From assembly GCA_030704615.1 (NCBI GenBank), contig CM060734.1:54188001-54252000 (forward strand): a DNA stretch of 64,000 nt, given 5' to 3'. The stretch comes from Takakia lepidozioides. Taxonomy: Eukaryota; Plantae; Bryophyta. Shown here in pieces: positions 1-12,443 of the stretch (positions are counted from its first letter, which is position 1; each line of letters begins with the position of its first letter). The notes beneath the pieces are model-generated. The model made no database searches. It saw only the letters and a list, made by a program, of their open reading frames with translations, and was not told the origin of the DNA. Position numbers and translations under genes: made by a program.

Positions 1-87
1 GTTGCGTACAAAGTGTTGGGCTATCACATTGCATTCTACATTCACATGTTTATTTATAGGTCACTGTTTTTTGTTGCTCACATCACT

Positions 88-1088
88 AGGGCCCAGGGGA
101 GTGGATATTGGGTGAAAGTATGGAGCCCTTGGTATACGGTAATCCCGAACACTGTCAGTGTCATGTGCAGTGTTGAGTGCAACCTATGTGGACTGAAGCT
201 TTCTTATCGTAAGGATCGGCTGCTCACTCACCTCGGCTATAAAGGTGTGAAGAGTTTCGGGGTGGGTTTATGCCCTAAAGCATCTATGCGGGTAAAAACC
301 CATTTTCCCCAGTGTGGAGGCAATATTTCAATATCTCTGGATCGCGACACGATCTCTGAGCAGAATATTTCATCTTCCCGTCAGGATGCCTCGATTAGTA
401 CCTAAGGCGACAGGTTTCAGGTGTCTTGTGGGTTGTACCAGAGCAACACCTGCTTCAACACCTTTTTGTACCCCTACACTTCAACGGAGTAGAGTATTAC
501 AGCAGCAATCCATGCAGAAAGGCATTAACTTGTCTGCGAAAAGGCAATTGGATAAAAAATGGACGTAGTTTTTATTCGAGGCCAACATACCGTTTAATGT
601 GGCAAGGCTTCCGGCATTTGTTTCCGCCTTTAGAGCAACCTCGGAGTCCAGATCCACGTACGTGCCTCTTTCTTATCACAATCTTTGCACGAGATTGCTA
701 GAAGACGCCATGACCGAGCTTACCCAAAACGTCAACGATAGGATGGGCAAGTACATCAGAAAATATGGAAGCACTATATGTGCCGATGATTGGAATTATG
801 TTACAAATAGACCATTGTTCAATGTCGTGCTCGTATGTCTAGCTGGGGAACAATTCTTGGAATCGGTGAATACTAGCGGCGAGAAGAAAGATGGACGTTA
901 TCAATGCCAACTATTGACAGACTTCATCGAACAGACCGGAAATGAAAGAATCGTGCAAATATGCACAGACAATGCCGGTAATATGAGAAACATTGCAGAC
1001 ATGTTATTGGCACGTTATCCCCATATGTACTATCAAGGTTGTGCTGCTCATATCTTTGATCTTTTTTTGGAAGATTGGGGAAAAGAAA
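88..1088 (+). pseudogene. hAT transposase relic (BED zinc finger + DUF659 region), truncated
   Basis: ORF 13..405 has a BED-like CNLC...HL...C motif. ORF 599..1141 has ICADDW..NRPLFN, IVQICTDNAGNM and CAAHIFDLFLEDW, typical of DUF659 hAT transposases. It is broken by stops and ends abruptly at ~1088. Confidence 0.85.
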
Positions 1089-1192
1089 CCAACACGGGCA
1101 AAACCACATTTTCCAATATATGCAAGGAAATGGGATCCTGATGTACACTCAGTGAGTGGACTAAGAGATGGGTGAGTAAAAGCCGTTCGACA
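1089..1192 (+). mobile_element. Highly deleted remnant of the same gypsy family as 22362-44804 (two gag scraps + LTR terminus)
   Basis: 1089-1150 encodes PTRAKPHFPIYA..DPDVH, as in the gag ORF 42110..43207. 1152-1166 (gtgagtggactaaga) is the reverse complement of gag sequence near 17445-17460. 1167-1192 (gatgggtgagtaaaagccgttcgaca) is the LTR end. Confidence 0.75.
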
Positions 1193-3097
1193 GCCTCACT
1201 GCGTCTAGCAATGGCGCCGTAGTGTGGATTCCCCATGGCACAGTCTTCAAGAATACCTGATGTGTACATGGTTGTCTCTGGAGCAGTCTTTGACCACCCA
1301 TCGATGAAGAAGGGATACGAGCTCAGATGTCCACTGGGAATCAGCACAGTGTAGATGTACCTGCACAAATGAAAAACATAATGATATGAAACTATGTAAA
1401 CAGGGGCAGAAGGAGAACACAGACAAAGTGTAGTCTGGCAGCCTTGAAAGATCAGTGGAAGACAGTGATTATTTCTGGCAGAATGACAAGGTATTGTTCA
1501 GGCTTGCGTCAATGCAAGCCTGATCCTAGTTCTGCATAGACACCAATCACTGCCTTACTATCTGCCCAACAACCAAAGTCCCTTCTGTTCAGGCTTTCAT
1601 TGACGCAAGTCTGACTGCAGACGACAGAACTACACATTCTGCTTCACACTGGAAAAGCAGAACAAGAGCAAAATTTCACTTGCTTACCGAGATTTCATGC
1701 AGGAAGAACCATCTGGAAGGCAAAGGGAAGCCGGCCATAACTCTGCAAACATCCTTGTGTTAACGCAAGCCTGCCCAGAGCTAGCAAATGGAACACAACG
1801 AAAACAAAATGCAAAAGATAATTCAGCTCCATACTAACCTGTAAATGACTCGTTTGTCTGCTCTCCGTTATACTGCGCACTGAACATGTTGGAGCGTCCA
1901 ATCTGTCCTAGTATTGCAATCTCCCGAAAGAAGGCGTACTTCCAAACAATCCCTTTCCACCTCGAATGAAAGTGGAGAATGACTCGTCGGGCTCTGTGAC
2001 CACAATCTTGAAGTCTGATAGGGTCTGTTCCATGACTTCGGCAGCCCTCTCCTCAAGCTGCCATGACACTTACTTCAATTAAACGAGAGGTCAAACAAAC
2101 GCAGTTTCAAAACAAGTTTAGAGAAGGCCATGGCCGGATGACGACCGTACCTGACATCAAAATGTCGATTTGTGAAGCCACATATCCCATTCTACATCAC
2201 TGAATGGCGTGATGACTCCGGTCTTGTTGTTCTTCTCCACGAAAGGAAAAAAATTTGCTGATCAGAGGACAGGGTCAGAGTTCCAGATTTCAAGCCATCG
2301 AACCTTATGCTACGGTTCCACCATTGCCATTGCAAGCCTGTGGAGCTTCTTCTGAGTCATTTCAGGCTTGCTTGCATTGCTCCAGTGGATCCGAACCTGC
2401 TCCAGGAATCCAGCACCAAGACCTGGGTCAGCTATGCGTAGCTGTTTGGTGAATGTTGTGACAATGTTCGTGCGGCACACTTTCATGGCCTCGTTCATGG
2501 CCGCCTCCATGCCTGCTACAGTGCGTTCCATGTCGGAGTTTTTGGCATAGTACTCTGCCTTGGCTCGCTCCCCAGCCTCTGCAATGTCATGCTGCCCAAC
2601 CTCAAGACACATCGCATTGTCAATTTTCAGAACAGAACAATCAAAATGCAAGCCCATTGGAGAAAAGGAAACAGGCTTGCGTCAACAGAAGCCCGAAAGG
2701 GATCCCGCCAAACAACATGTTGAGAACTCACCGTGTATATGTAGTCCAGGAAAATGTCTTTGGTAAGCGAGTACCAGGTGTCTGCTCTCTTTGTCTCGCA
2801 TTTCTCATATGCCTCCGCAGTGAGGATGTTCTTGTAGCTTGCCAAGGGCATCTTACCCAAAGCCTACATACGGAAAAGTGTGTGTACTAGGTTCATCGTG
2901 ACATGTGATATCTCCGTCTGCCTAAAATACTAACCATCTATCAGTTCACATGGAAGTAAAAGGGAAATTTTGCAATGACGAAAGGTGTGAGGAAAAAGTC
3001 TTACTTGTTGATATCATGCATGGCGATCATTAGTTGGGTGATGTTACCCCTCAGTTCAAATAAAGGGAAACACCTAGGCGCTACAGCTCACAAATTA

Positions 3098-5481
3098 TCA
3101 GGCTTTGTTCTCTCTTGACGAATTGTCCATTTGCAGGTATAGTCGACGGGGTAATGGCTTGGCTCGAACAGGGCCTTGGGATATCCTAGGCTTCAGTGCT
3201 TTCTCGCATCGAGACTTTCCCCTCGTTAGAGTTTCGAAAAAAGAGTTCTGCATTGGATGATCGAAAATTTCTCTTGAGTCTCGACACATGGGCTTCTCAA
3301 GAGCGCGAAGACAATGAGCCAAAGAGCTGATTATCAAGTTAGGATCACTTGGCCAGAACTCGTTTGTGAACTGAGCATAAGCACTGTCACCATGGCCATG
3401 AGTCACCATTCATGTTAGGGATATAGGTAGTTGACCGAGACCAGATGTCATCTTGTTTGTTACGAGGAGCCTGGGCAACGCAGTCATCGAGTGATCAATC
3501 TTATCGTGTATAATACACAAAAATTCCTCACCCATCATCGTTGATTCATTTCGCCAACTATGATAAAGCCTGCGACATGACTCCTGATGCTTCAAATGTC
3601 TCTCAAATTTCCTTTTGTGCTTTCTCTGCTCCTCAGTTCCGCTGACTGACTTCTGGATAAGATCTTTGAACATCTCACAATCTGTGCATTTCGTGAATTT
3701 TCCACCAGGTTTCCAAACCTCAATATTCCCAAAAAGTTTCGTTCGAATTCGGCTAATTCCAGACTTCGATAATTCCTTCAAGCCCATTTGTTTGTTCGCC
3801 TGATCCAATTGTCAACAATATATAGAGTTGGTATTCTATTAGGTACGGGAGACCTCCCGTGGAGATTGAAATTGAGATCGAATATTCCAACATCTACATC
3901 CAAGACATATGAAAATTTGATAGATGTAAAAAGAACGACATATACAAAATTTTGTTTTTAAATAGATGGACAGAATCACTCCGAACGATCCATCAATGGA
4001 CTATCGGTTATTATACTGACGATTTGATATCGACTATTAGCACACTTAATAGAATGATTACGGGAGGTCTCCCGTGACATACGCTCCTTGAAAATAGAAA
4101 AATATTTATAGAATCAGAATCGGATTGGGTTGGAAAGCAGTATCCAACCTCATTGGACAGTCTGTTAAGCTCCTTCCAACTCATCTCCACCGGCCGCAAC
4201 TTCAGAACATCTTGTCTTCCTTCTCCGATACCTCTCATTTTATGAGGCATGAGGTCACTGTTTCTGGAAATCAGCGATAACAAATTCGCCTCAGCCTACA
4301 TGGTTTTTGCTCGGGCTTTCTTCATTCCTCTGTTTCCATGCATTGACGAGATGTATCCATCATTACTCTTCCTCTTGTATCCATGGTACGTTGACCTACC
4401 GATCCCATGGATTGTCCACCACGCCTTCTCACAGACCTCAACTCCTTCCATTGTAAGGTAGGCATGACGACCATAACCTGGTAGTCGGTGTAGTCGTCGT
4501 GGGACGTCAAACCCTAACTCTCTCTTTGCATCAAAAAGATGCCAAGAACTTACTCCGGATAGCCTTAGTTTTTTCCCAGCTGAAGTGTTGACAACAGTTT
4601 CGAGCACAACAGCTCACAAAGCTTACTGCTTGAATTGACTCCGAATTTAAGAGTCGGATCAATTTCTTCCCCCTAGAGTTCTCATCTCCCTTTCCAACTC
4701 GTTTCAAACATTTATACTGCGATTTCTCGACTCCTTCGATGTGGTCATCCTCCGTGTGTGACTCGTGCTCTTCATAAAACTTTGTGAGCAACTCTGGCAG
4801 TATTCGGCCATCTCGAAGTTTTGTATGTGTAAGCTATTTCGTAATGGTCAATAGCAAATCCTGAGCTGACCCAGAGACAGCTATAACAATTACACCGACA
4901 TGCTCCTCCCCAAGGTTTTCATCGAGAATAACTTCGTCAGGTAGACACGCCACAACCCGTCCGTCAGCAATGACGTCCATCTCGTCATTGAGAAGATTGC
5001 ACATCTGATTATGCCAAGTATCTCTTCCGAATATATGATGTGCATCTTTCTGACACTCAACACGCTTCTCTTTTGTTATCTCTTGTGAAACATTCGTTCT
5101 TGCGCCTTCAACACCATATGTATTGTCCTTTTGTATTGCATCCTCCAAAACATTCGTGCTCGCTCGCTCCTGACCCTCCATTCGCACAAGTTTATCAACT
5201 TCACTAACTTTCCAGACAATCGGTGTCCCCAGGGCTTCTCCAAGAGTCTCCGCGTCTGGATGTGAATATGGCAAGCTAATTGACTCCATTCCATGTATCA
5301 TGGTTTTCAATGTGACGCTCACTAAATTACTAGAGAGACGTCTGCCATGACAAAATCCCTCTCCAAACGTATTCAGACATGTACCCTCAGCGACAATTCT
5401 AGGAACTTGAGAGCCGACAAGTTGGATTAAATTCACGGCTTCTCCGACAGACAACTGTCCACAGGTGGTAACCATCTTCAA
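3098..5481 (-). pseudogene. Degenerate DNA transposon gene(s): DUF8039/Tnp1-like domain followed by a DUF7869-type (Sola-like) DDE transposase fragment
   Basis: 4834..5481 has VAEG..CHG..LPY.HP...LGEALG..IVW. The collinear broken ORFs 4531..4791, 4296..4607, 3410..3808 and 3098..3409 carry CCARNC, VCEKAW..IHGI, KFTKCTDC, IIHDKID and LYLQMDNSSRENK. Confidence 0.6.
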
Positions 5482-6347
5482 CCACGGGAGATCTCCCCTG
5501 CTATGCCCTCGAGTAAAAAACGGGAAGCAAAAAAAGTAGAAAAGATGAATAAATCAAATGCGGCAACACTCCGCAAGATGACAGGAGATCTCCCCTTATA
5601 GTCGCCTCACCCTTAAGTGAGAATCCACAATACGATTCTGGATTGTGCAAGAGAGAATCTATGCACACCACAGATGTTAATAACACTAATGGATCACGGG
5701 AGGTCTCCCGTTCTGTGATCCCCTATGGGCGGAAATAGATAAACAGATAATAGAGTTCCAGACAAATTGGAAAGTATGTGCTCAAGATGACGGGAGATCT
5801 CCCGTCATCATCAATGGTATAACTGGAGAAGACGAAGATAGATAAATGAGATTCAGAAAAGAACGACAAAACAAAGCGAAAGTCTAATGGAACAACACCT
5901 CTTCGTTGTGCCAGTCTAAAAAAAAATACTACTGCGTGAGTTCAGTGTGTAACTCTTCTGGAAAATACTGATAGAGAATGACTAGCAAACATGCAGAGAT
6001 GAAACTCCACTCTACGTCCTTCTACAACCCTTCCACCACCCTTCCACCACTCTTCAGTCAATCCAGCACCTGCACTCCATATTTCAGCAGGGCTTCACCG
6101 AGACTAAATGAAATGAGAGGAAAGATCTTGCCCTTATATAGACCCGCATTTGCATGCTGGGGCATGAGGCCAACCGCACCCATACATGAGGCTTGTACAC
6201 CAAGGGGAATCGTTTCATTAATTACTTGCCATAATGACTGTGACGGGGGGCCCTCCTGTACGTGACAGTACGACTTCGGAGCTGCTACTTACACCATGCC
6301 CGGTACTTTGCATATACATCACAAGTCAACAACCCCTATTATGCACA

Positions 6348-7295
6348 ATAAGATAAAAGAGTTGGAAATCTCTAAACACTCAGCCCGCTCAGAACAATCA
6401 GTCGTGACCTACAGCTAGTGTATCATGGGGGTGCTTCCTATTTGTATTCCTTCTCGCATTAATGTTAGCAAGTTACCTTACTGTCTATAATTAAGTATCA
6501 GGTTGCTTCAGCAATCTACCAGGTTCCATCCACTCATCCATTCATTCCACAGCTTCACTTAGGTCTCTCTACTCAGTGTGAGTATGAAATATGTATCAGA
6601 TTAATATCTATTAAGTATCAGGTCGAAGCCATGGTGTCTCTAATTTGCTCTACAGTGCATCTCTACAGCTTGCATGAATCCAACATTATCTCGCCGTATG
6701 TGTACTCCATCGAATCCCCTGTGCTCCAAGATCGTGCTCTCCCCTGATCCAAGAAGTGCTCTCCCAGAAGTGATCCCCTCCATGTTGTTACTCTGCCTAT
6801 TCTACCTGCAAGCTATTCTAACCGCCTAACTAACTAACTGTCATCTAAGACAGAATGCACGTTCCCTCTGCAGATGTCGTTCTCACACAGTGTTCCCTGC
6901 CAATGATAACCGTTCCTTGTGAACGTTGTGATGGGTTGCGCCAAGCTGTGTCGGCTGTGACTGGCTCTGTCGGACCGTGTCTGACTGTATCGAGCTGTGA
7001 TAGCTGTGTGATAGACTATGATAGGCTGTGATAGACCGTGTCAGGCTGTGTCAGGTTGTGATAAGTTGTGACAAGCTGTGTCAGGCTGTGACAAGCTGTG
7101 ACAAGCTGTATCAGGCTGTGTCATGCTGTGACAAGCTGTGACAAGTTGTGTCAGGCTGTGTAAGCCTGTGTGAGCCTGTCTATCCCTAAGGTCTGTGTCT
7201 GTCACCCCTAAGGCTTCTGTTGGTCTGAGCCTACCATCCGTAAGTCTGCGCAAAATTAAGGGTACCCCACAGAACCCGTAAAACTGTCTAAGTCA
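6348..7295 (-). mobile_element. Truncated LTR of a diverged subfamily of the gypsy element, with internal 10-bp tandem repeats (~6945-7170)
   Basis: Shares agagttggaaatctctaaacactcagcccgctcagaacaa, ctaactaactaac, gttccctctgcagatgtcgtt and aagggtaccccacagaacccgtaaaa with the LTRs at 22362-23245 and 43889-44804. Both termini are missing. Confidence 0.85.
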
Positions 7296-9065
7296 CACAT
7301 CATGTCGTTTGCCCCCTTCATCACCATGAAGTGAAGACAATGACGACTAGGATTTCAATCACTAGCAACGTAGTACATAGACAATGTGGATTTTTTTTGT
7401 ACCTTGAATTTCTGCAACACACTGATAGGACTCCGCCAATTTTGTATTCCACCAATTTTATTAATACGCATGTGCGGCACATGCCAATTTCAATTGCATG
7501 AGTAGCATTTCCTTCACATTCTCACTCATGTGATGGGGAAGAAGTGGTTCACCTTGTATAAAATTGTAGAATTGTCTCATATTTGGTAATGACGTGTATG
7601 TGGGTATCTGCAATCAACTCATAAAGTTCCAGAACAAGGAAAATTTGATATCAACCAATGAACAACATCCCGATTTTGTAAGGGGCTGCTTAGTGAATGT
7701 CTGATTTGCACTGCCAATATGGAGAGCCTGGGACCGTGATCTTGTGGTCAATGAGGGGCCCCAATGGGATTTGATCAATGGTGGCGAGCATCCGCTTACT
7801 TTCCATCGAAAGTTGACTTTCTTCCAGACTCTCACGACATGGAGGAGGTCAATGTTCGGCAAGTGCTCGGGCCGCATACAAATCGGCAATGCGGCCGTCC
7901 ACATTTGGCAAAAGAGCCCCTGAAACACGAAGAAAACGGTATGTCCATACTCGCTTCTATTCCTCTACAATGGCCTTGATGCTACCCTTGAAACTTTCCA
8001 ACACCCTCTCGCGGGCCCGGTCCCTAATCATTGTGTCGGCTCGACGAGAAGCCTCCCCATACGCCTCATTCATTCGGCGTTGACATATTATAGCATCTTC
8101 CACTTCGGACAACAACAAATGTCTCCCAATAGGTTCTCGATTATACAATTCATTTTCTTCCGACGTCCATGGAACCTGTGGCAGCCGGAAAAACCTCGCC
8201 CTTCTCTGACTCCAATGCCCTCCCAAATTGCAGCAAAACTGCTATCTCTCCCACCAATTGGCAATGCCTCCGCACGTACCGTTATCTCCCAGTCAGATCC
8301 GACCCAGAAATATTGGGGTGATCTAACGTATTCCGGGTTTGCGGCATGTATGGCATGCATTTCTCTGCCTGCATCCCACAACAAATTTTGCACCAATGTA
8401 CACAATTCAAAAATGTAAATGGTTACCCATCCAATAGGATGTCGTGCGCATACGTATCGCTACACCTAATATAAATCTAGTTATTTGTATTTAACACTTT
8501 GAATTAGTTCAAGTGTTAAGTCAGGTGTCAAGTTTAGCTTGACACCTGATCTTATCTTCACGAGCTCGTCAGTCGTGCGGCTCATCTCTCTCGAGTTGAG
8601 CCTGCACGACCGAGCTCCTTCACTGCTTAGAATCTGAGTGTGCTTATGAAGGGAGAATAGGATGTTGTGGGGTGGAGTCCCCATAGCTTGGGGTGCCCCT
8701 GGCTCAACTCTTAGTTTAACGAGTGATGGTGTTGCATTTCGCTTTTCGGTGTCAACAGTGTGATTTTAGTTTCCTATCACTCGAGAGAGATATCTGTGAG
8801 TGCCAGAGGTGAGTTTAGTTTAGCACTTGTGGTTTTTGTTTTGAAAGTGAGAGAAGAAAATTATGGTGGTTTGTAGATTATGTTTGTGACAAGCTGGTTG
8901 GAGACAGAGAAGTGATTATCTGTGTTCAGGTAATCTTTAGTTAGAAAGATGTCAAGTGCATCACCAACAGTAGAGTTCCAGTGCCGACTTTGTTCAACTT
9001 TCTTCATTGTGCAAGTTCTGGCATTTTTGTTCATGTGATCTGCCAACTCGTCAGCCGCAGCAGCA

Positions 9066-9478
9066 ATACATTAGAACACATGAGAAGCAGCACAAGCAAT
9101 CAAGCACTTTGAGCTTGCGAAGGCCAAGCGGTACTTGGAAGATGTGCTCGCCTACAAACAAGCGATTCATTTCCGCCGTTTTTGTGGCGGTGTTCGTCGC
9201 ACAGCTCAAGCGAAGTCGCGACGTTCTAATGGACAGGGACGATGGCCTGTGAAGTATACTACTTTCTTGCTTGGATTGTTGAAGAAAACAGAGAGCAATG
9301 TTGAGGTGAAGGGTCTTGCTGTCGACACGCTCGTCATTTGATACATACACGTCAACAACGCCCAGAAGCAGCGCCGCCAACCTACCGAGCACATGGTCGC
9401 ATCACTAGTCCCTACATGTCATCGCCATGCCCTCTTGAGCTGACTCTCTCAAAGAAGGAGGTTTCCGTGAAGAAGAGG
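9066..9478 (+). pseudogene. RPL17: Processed pseudogene of 60S ribosomal protein L17 (uL22)
   Basis: Translation across frameshifts gives [81 protein letters not shown]. It has no introns and carries stops and frameshifts. Confidence 0.92.
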
Positions 9479-9744
9479 TGGACACAAAGATTACTCCTAG
9501 GAGGTCCCGTAAACAACAAGCGCGCTTGCGAAGTGGTTTATACACAAGGGGTGGATAAATTGATGATAAAATATATACAGGGGGTCATGATCATTGTCCA
9601 ATGCTAAGTACAGAGGTGATCGTGCTACCTCGCTCCCCAGTTCTCGTCTAAGGTCCAGCTGCTCAGAAACAGCTCCATTCTGGCTGAGGAGAAGCTCGAT
9701 TCATTGAAAAGGATTCATGAGCAAGAGGGAAGTATCCAGAAACA

Positions 9745-10160
9745 GGTAACAGAGACGAGGAGAGGCTGTGGAATGAATACTTTTCTGACCCAGTCAATGG
9801 TATCCGCACCAATGGAGGACGAATAGCTAGCTCCATCGAGAAACCGGCCTGCAATGGTGGAGCTGCGAACAGAATTGACGTTGATGGTCTGATATACCTG
9901 GCCCAATCGCCGTGGCTGGGATACGACGGGTGAAGGAGCTTCCCAGCGAAGTTTTGAACTCCTCAGCGATGCAAAATGTGTAGGAGGAAACTCCAGATGA
10001 TCTGTGACCCACTGGCACGGCCAAAGACCCCCTGGGAGCACCACCAGTACTTTTACTGCCAGGAAGCGGCAGACTGCCTATATGGCGAAACCATGGAAAC
10101 CAACCAATGGTGTGGCTATTCTTCCCCGATTCCTTTGAGATTGTATGGGCAGCTATAAGG
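9745..10160 (+). pseudogene. Relic of an OSB-type PDF-motif gene
   Basis: GNRDEERLWNEYFSDP followed by frameshifted SQW. Nearly the same DNA recurs at 40425-40480. Confidence 0.5.
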
Positions 10161-10238
10161 CATCTAATCATAATTTTTCACCAAGTTTGAGGATTTTTGG
10201 AGGTGATGAGAGATGTCATCAAATTATCACACCGGAGG

Positions 10239-10617
10239 CATGCAAGCTGTAGAGTTGTACTGTAGAGCAGACTAGAGACACCATGACTTTGGCCTAATAC
10301 TATATAGATCTTAATCTGATACATATTCCATACTCACACTGTGTAGAGAGACCTGAGTGAAGTTGTGGAATAAATGGATGAGTGATTGGAACCTGGTAGA
10401 TTGCTGAAGCAATCTGATACTTAAATATAAACAGTAAGGTAACTTGCTGACATGAAGGCAAGAAGGAATACAAACAGGAAGCACTCCCATGATACACTAG
10501 TTGTGGATCATGACTGATTGTTCTGAGCGGGCTGAGTGCTTAGAGATATCCAACTCTTCTATCTTGGAGTTCCCACCTCGGATAGCGAAGGGATGGGTGA
10601 GTAAAAACCGCTCGACA
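10239..10617 (+). mobile_element. Partial LTR of the gypsy family, opposite orientation to the main element
   Basis: Reverse complement of the LTR segment 43889-~44265, ending ...gggatgggtgagtaaaaaccgctcgaca at 10617. Confidence 0.88.
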
Positions 10618-12443
10618 GCAGGTGTAGAGGGGATCCAAACACAAGAATGAAAACAACAACTCCCCCACACCAAAAGCAACTGCACAATGTTGCTCCTGCA
10701 AGGACACCCCAACCCAAACCGGACTGACTCTTGCCTCCACCTACGGAAAGGTCTCGGCCTATAGAGAAGGTGGAAAGTCATGCAGAAGAGAAGCTAAAGC
10801 AATGCCTATCCCCAACATGCCCTCATCCCAACACTCTTTTTTTCCTCTCTTCTTTAACTTTCATGACTATGAGAAGCATCTTGTAGACGCCCCTTAAACC
10901 GCCCTACATGAGCTTATGAAACTTGGACTCCAAGGCCCATGCAAGCCTCCACAGGGCCCGCCAGTGCCTCATTACGTCCACCAGCCATTTCTCAGAATGG
11001 AACCACCTCAGGAAACCACGCCATCCACTGAAGGTTAAAAAATGGAGCAAATGGAGGTACATATAGGCCCCAACAACAATCCGTCCAAAGGAACTTGTAG
11101 GATGGTCTCTCCCATAGTTAAGAATTGCAGTGAAAACCCCAAAAGATTACCTGCAGGGAGGTAATCCCTTTGTTAAAATACAACAGGGAGGCAATTCTGA
11201 CTTTTCTACCAGATCAGCTAGCTCAAAACCGTTGTGTTTCCTAGCCCAGCCTCCCCATCAAGGTCCCACGACACGAGTGAAAAAAGATTTATTTTTTATT
11301 TTTTATTTTTTTTCCCACTCTGCCTGTCCATGGCCTTCCGTGGCCCTCAACGCCACGACTTCTCACGGCCCGCCCTAGGCGCACGCTGCCCACGAGCTGC
11401 CCCGTAATACCCCGTGGTATCACAATCACGACCCTTCACAGTCTCCGGTCACGGCCCGCCATTCCCACGAGCTGGTCACCGTGCCCACCCGTGGTGTTCG
11501 CGCCATGACTCCCCACGGCCACGGCCACGGCCACAGTCACGGTCAACGGGCAATGCCTGGGCTTGTGGTAAGGGAGATGAACCTTAAATGGACACTTCCC
11601 TTAAATTGACACCTACTTTTGTATCTAAAAGTGGCAGTCCTTGACCTTGAGACGACAACAAGCAAATGGGGCCCACATTAAGGCCGCGTACAAGAAACTG
11701 TCGGATAGTTGATTAGTGGAAACTGTCGGTTAGTCGATGTTCATTTAAGGTTAATGTTAATTTCATAATTAGCGTATCTTTATGTCTATTTCAAGACAAC
11801 GTAGATTTATAATTAGATGGCATAGTAACTGTAGACGCATATATTGGTACATATTTATTTTCAGATTGTTTTTTATCTTAAGGCAGACAGTTTAGGCATT
11901 GTACTGCCAAAGTAGAGCAGTTTGCGAATTATCTGGGAATCGCTGGTAAAGCACATAGGAATTTAGATTATGTCTGAGACGACCATGGAGGAGCTCTGGC
12001 GTCAAAATGACCATGAGGAGCTGCATCGACAGCGAGTTAGGCTGCCAATTCGGTACCAGTAACGACAACATGCACCTGTTCGAAACAATACATAGCGACT
12101 TTTCCAATCCCGGATTGCGATCTCTCTATTCTCCTGCCTTTCAAGTCCAGTAGGAGCAGGCGGCGAGGAGTCTTGGCAATTGGAGGAAACAATCTGTACA
12201 GCGATGAAATATCGCGACAAAGCAAGTGTTGCATCGTTGCGAAAGACGATTAAATGGAATTCTAATTCATCCAATGGATGAAATCTGGAAATTCGACCTG
12301 CAAGCTGGAGGGATGAGAAGACAACCTAGCGCCAACTGGTCATCCATTGGATGGATGAAAAACCAGATTTATCATTAACACCAAGGTTTTCCATCCATGG
12401 TTATTATTTTATGGTATTCTATCGTTTTTAAATTATAGATTCA

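Noticed and set aside
7041-7253. Small repeat proteins (also 23000..23185 and 44520..44717)
   Set aside because: These are translations of the LTR decamer repeats.
8521-8549. Hairpin tcaggtgtcaag-tttag-cttgacacctga as a terminator or ncRNA
   Set aside because: Isolated 12-bp stem in repeat-like DNA with no U-tract or other support.
10625-11568. LTR of a further family, continuing at 16155-17400
   Set aside because: The composition is suggestive, but no paired LTR, TSD, PBS or clear right end could be established.
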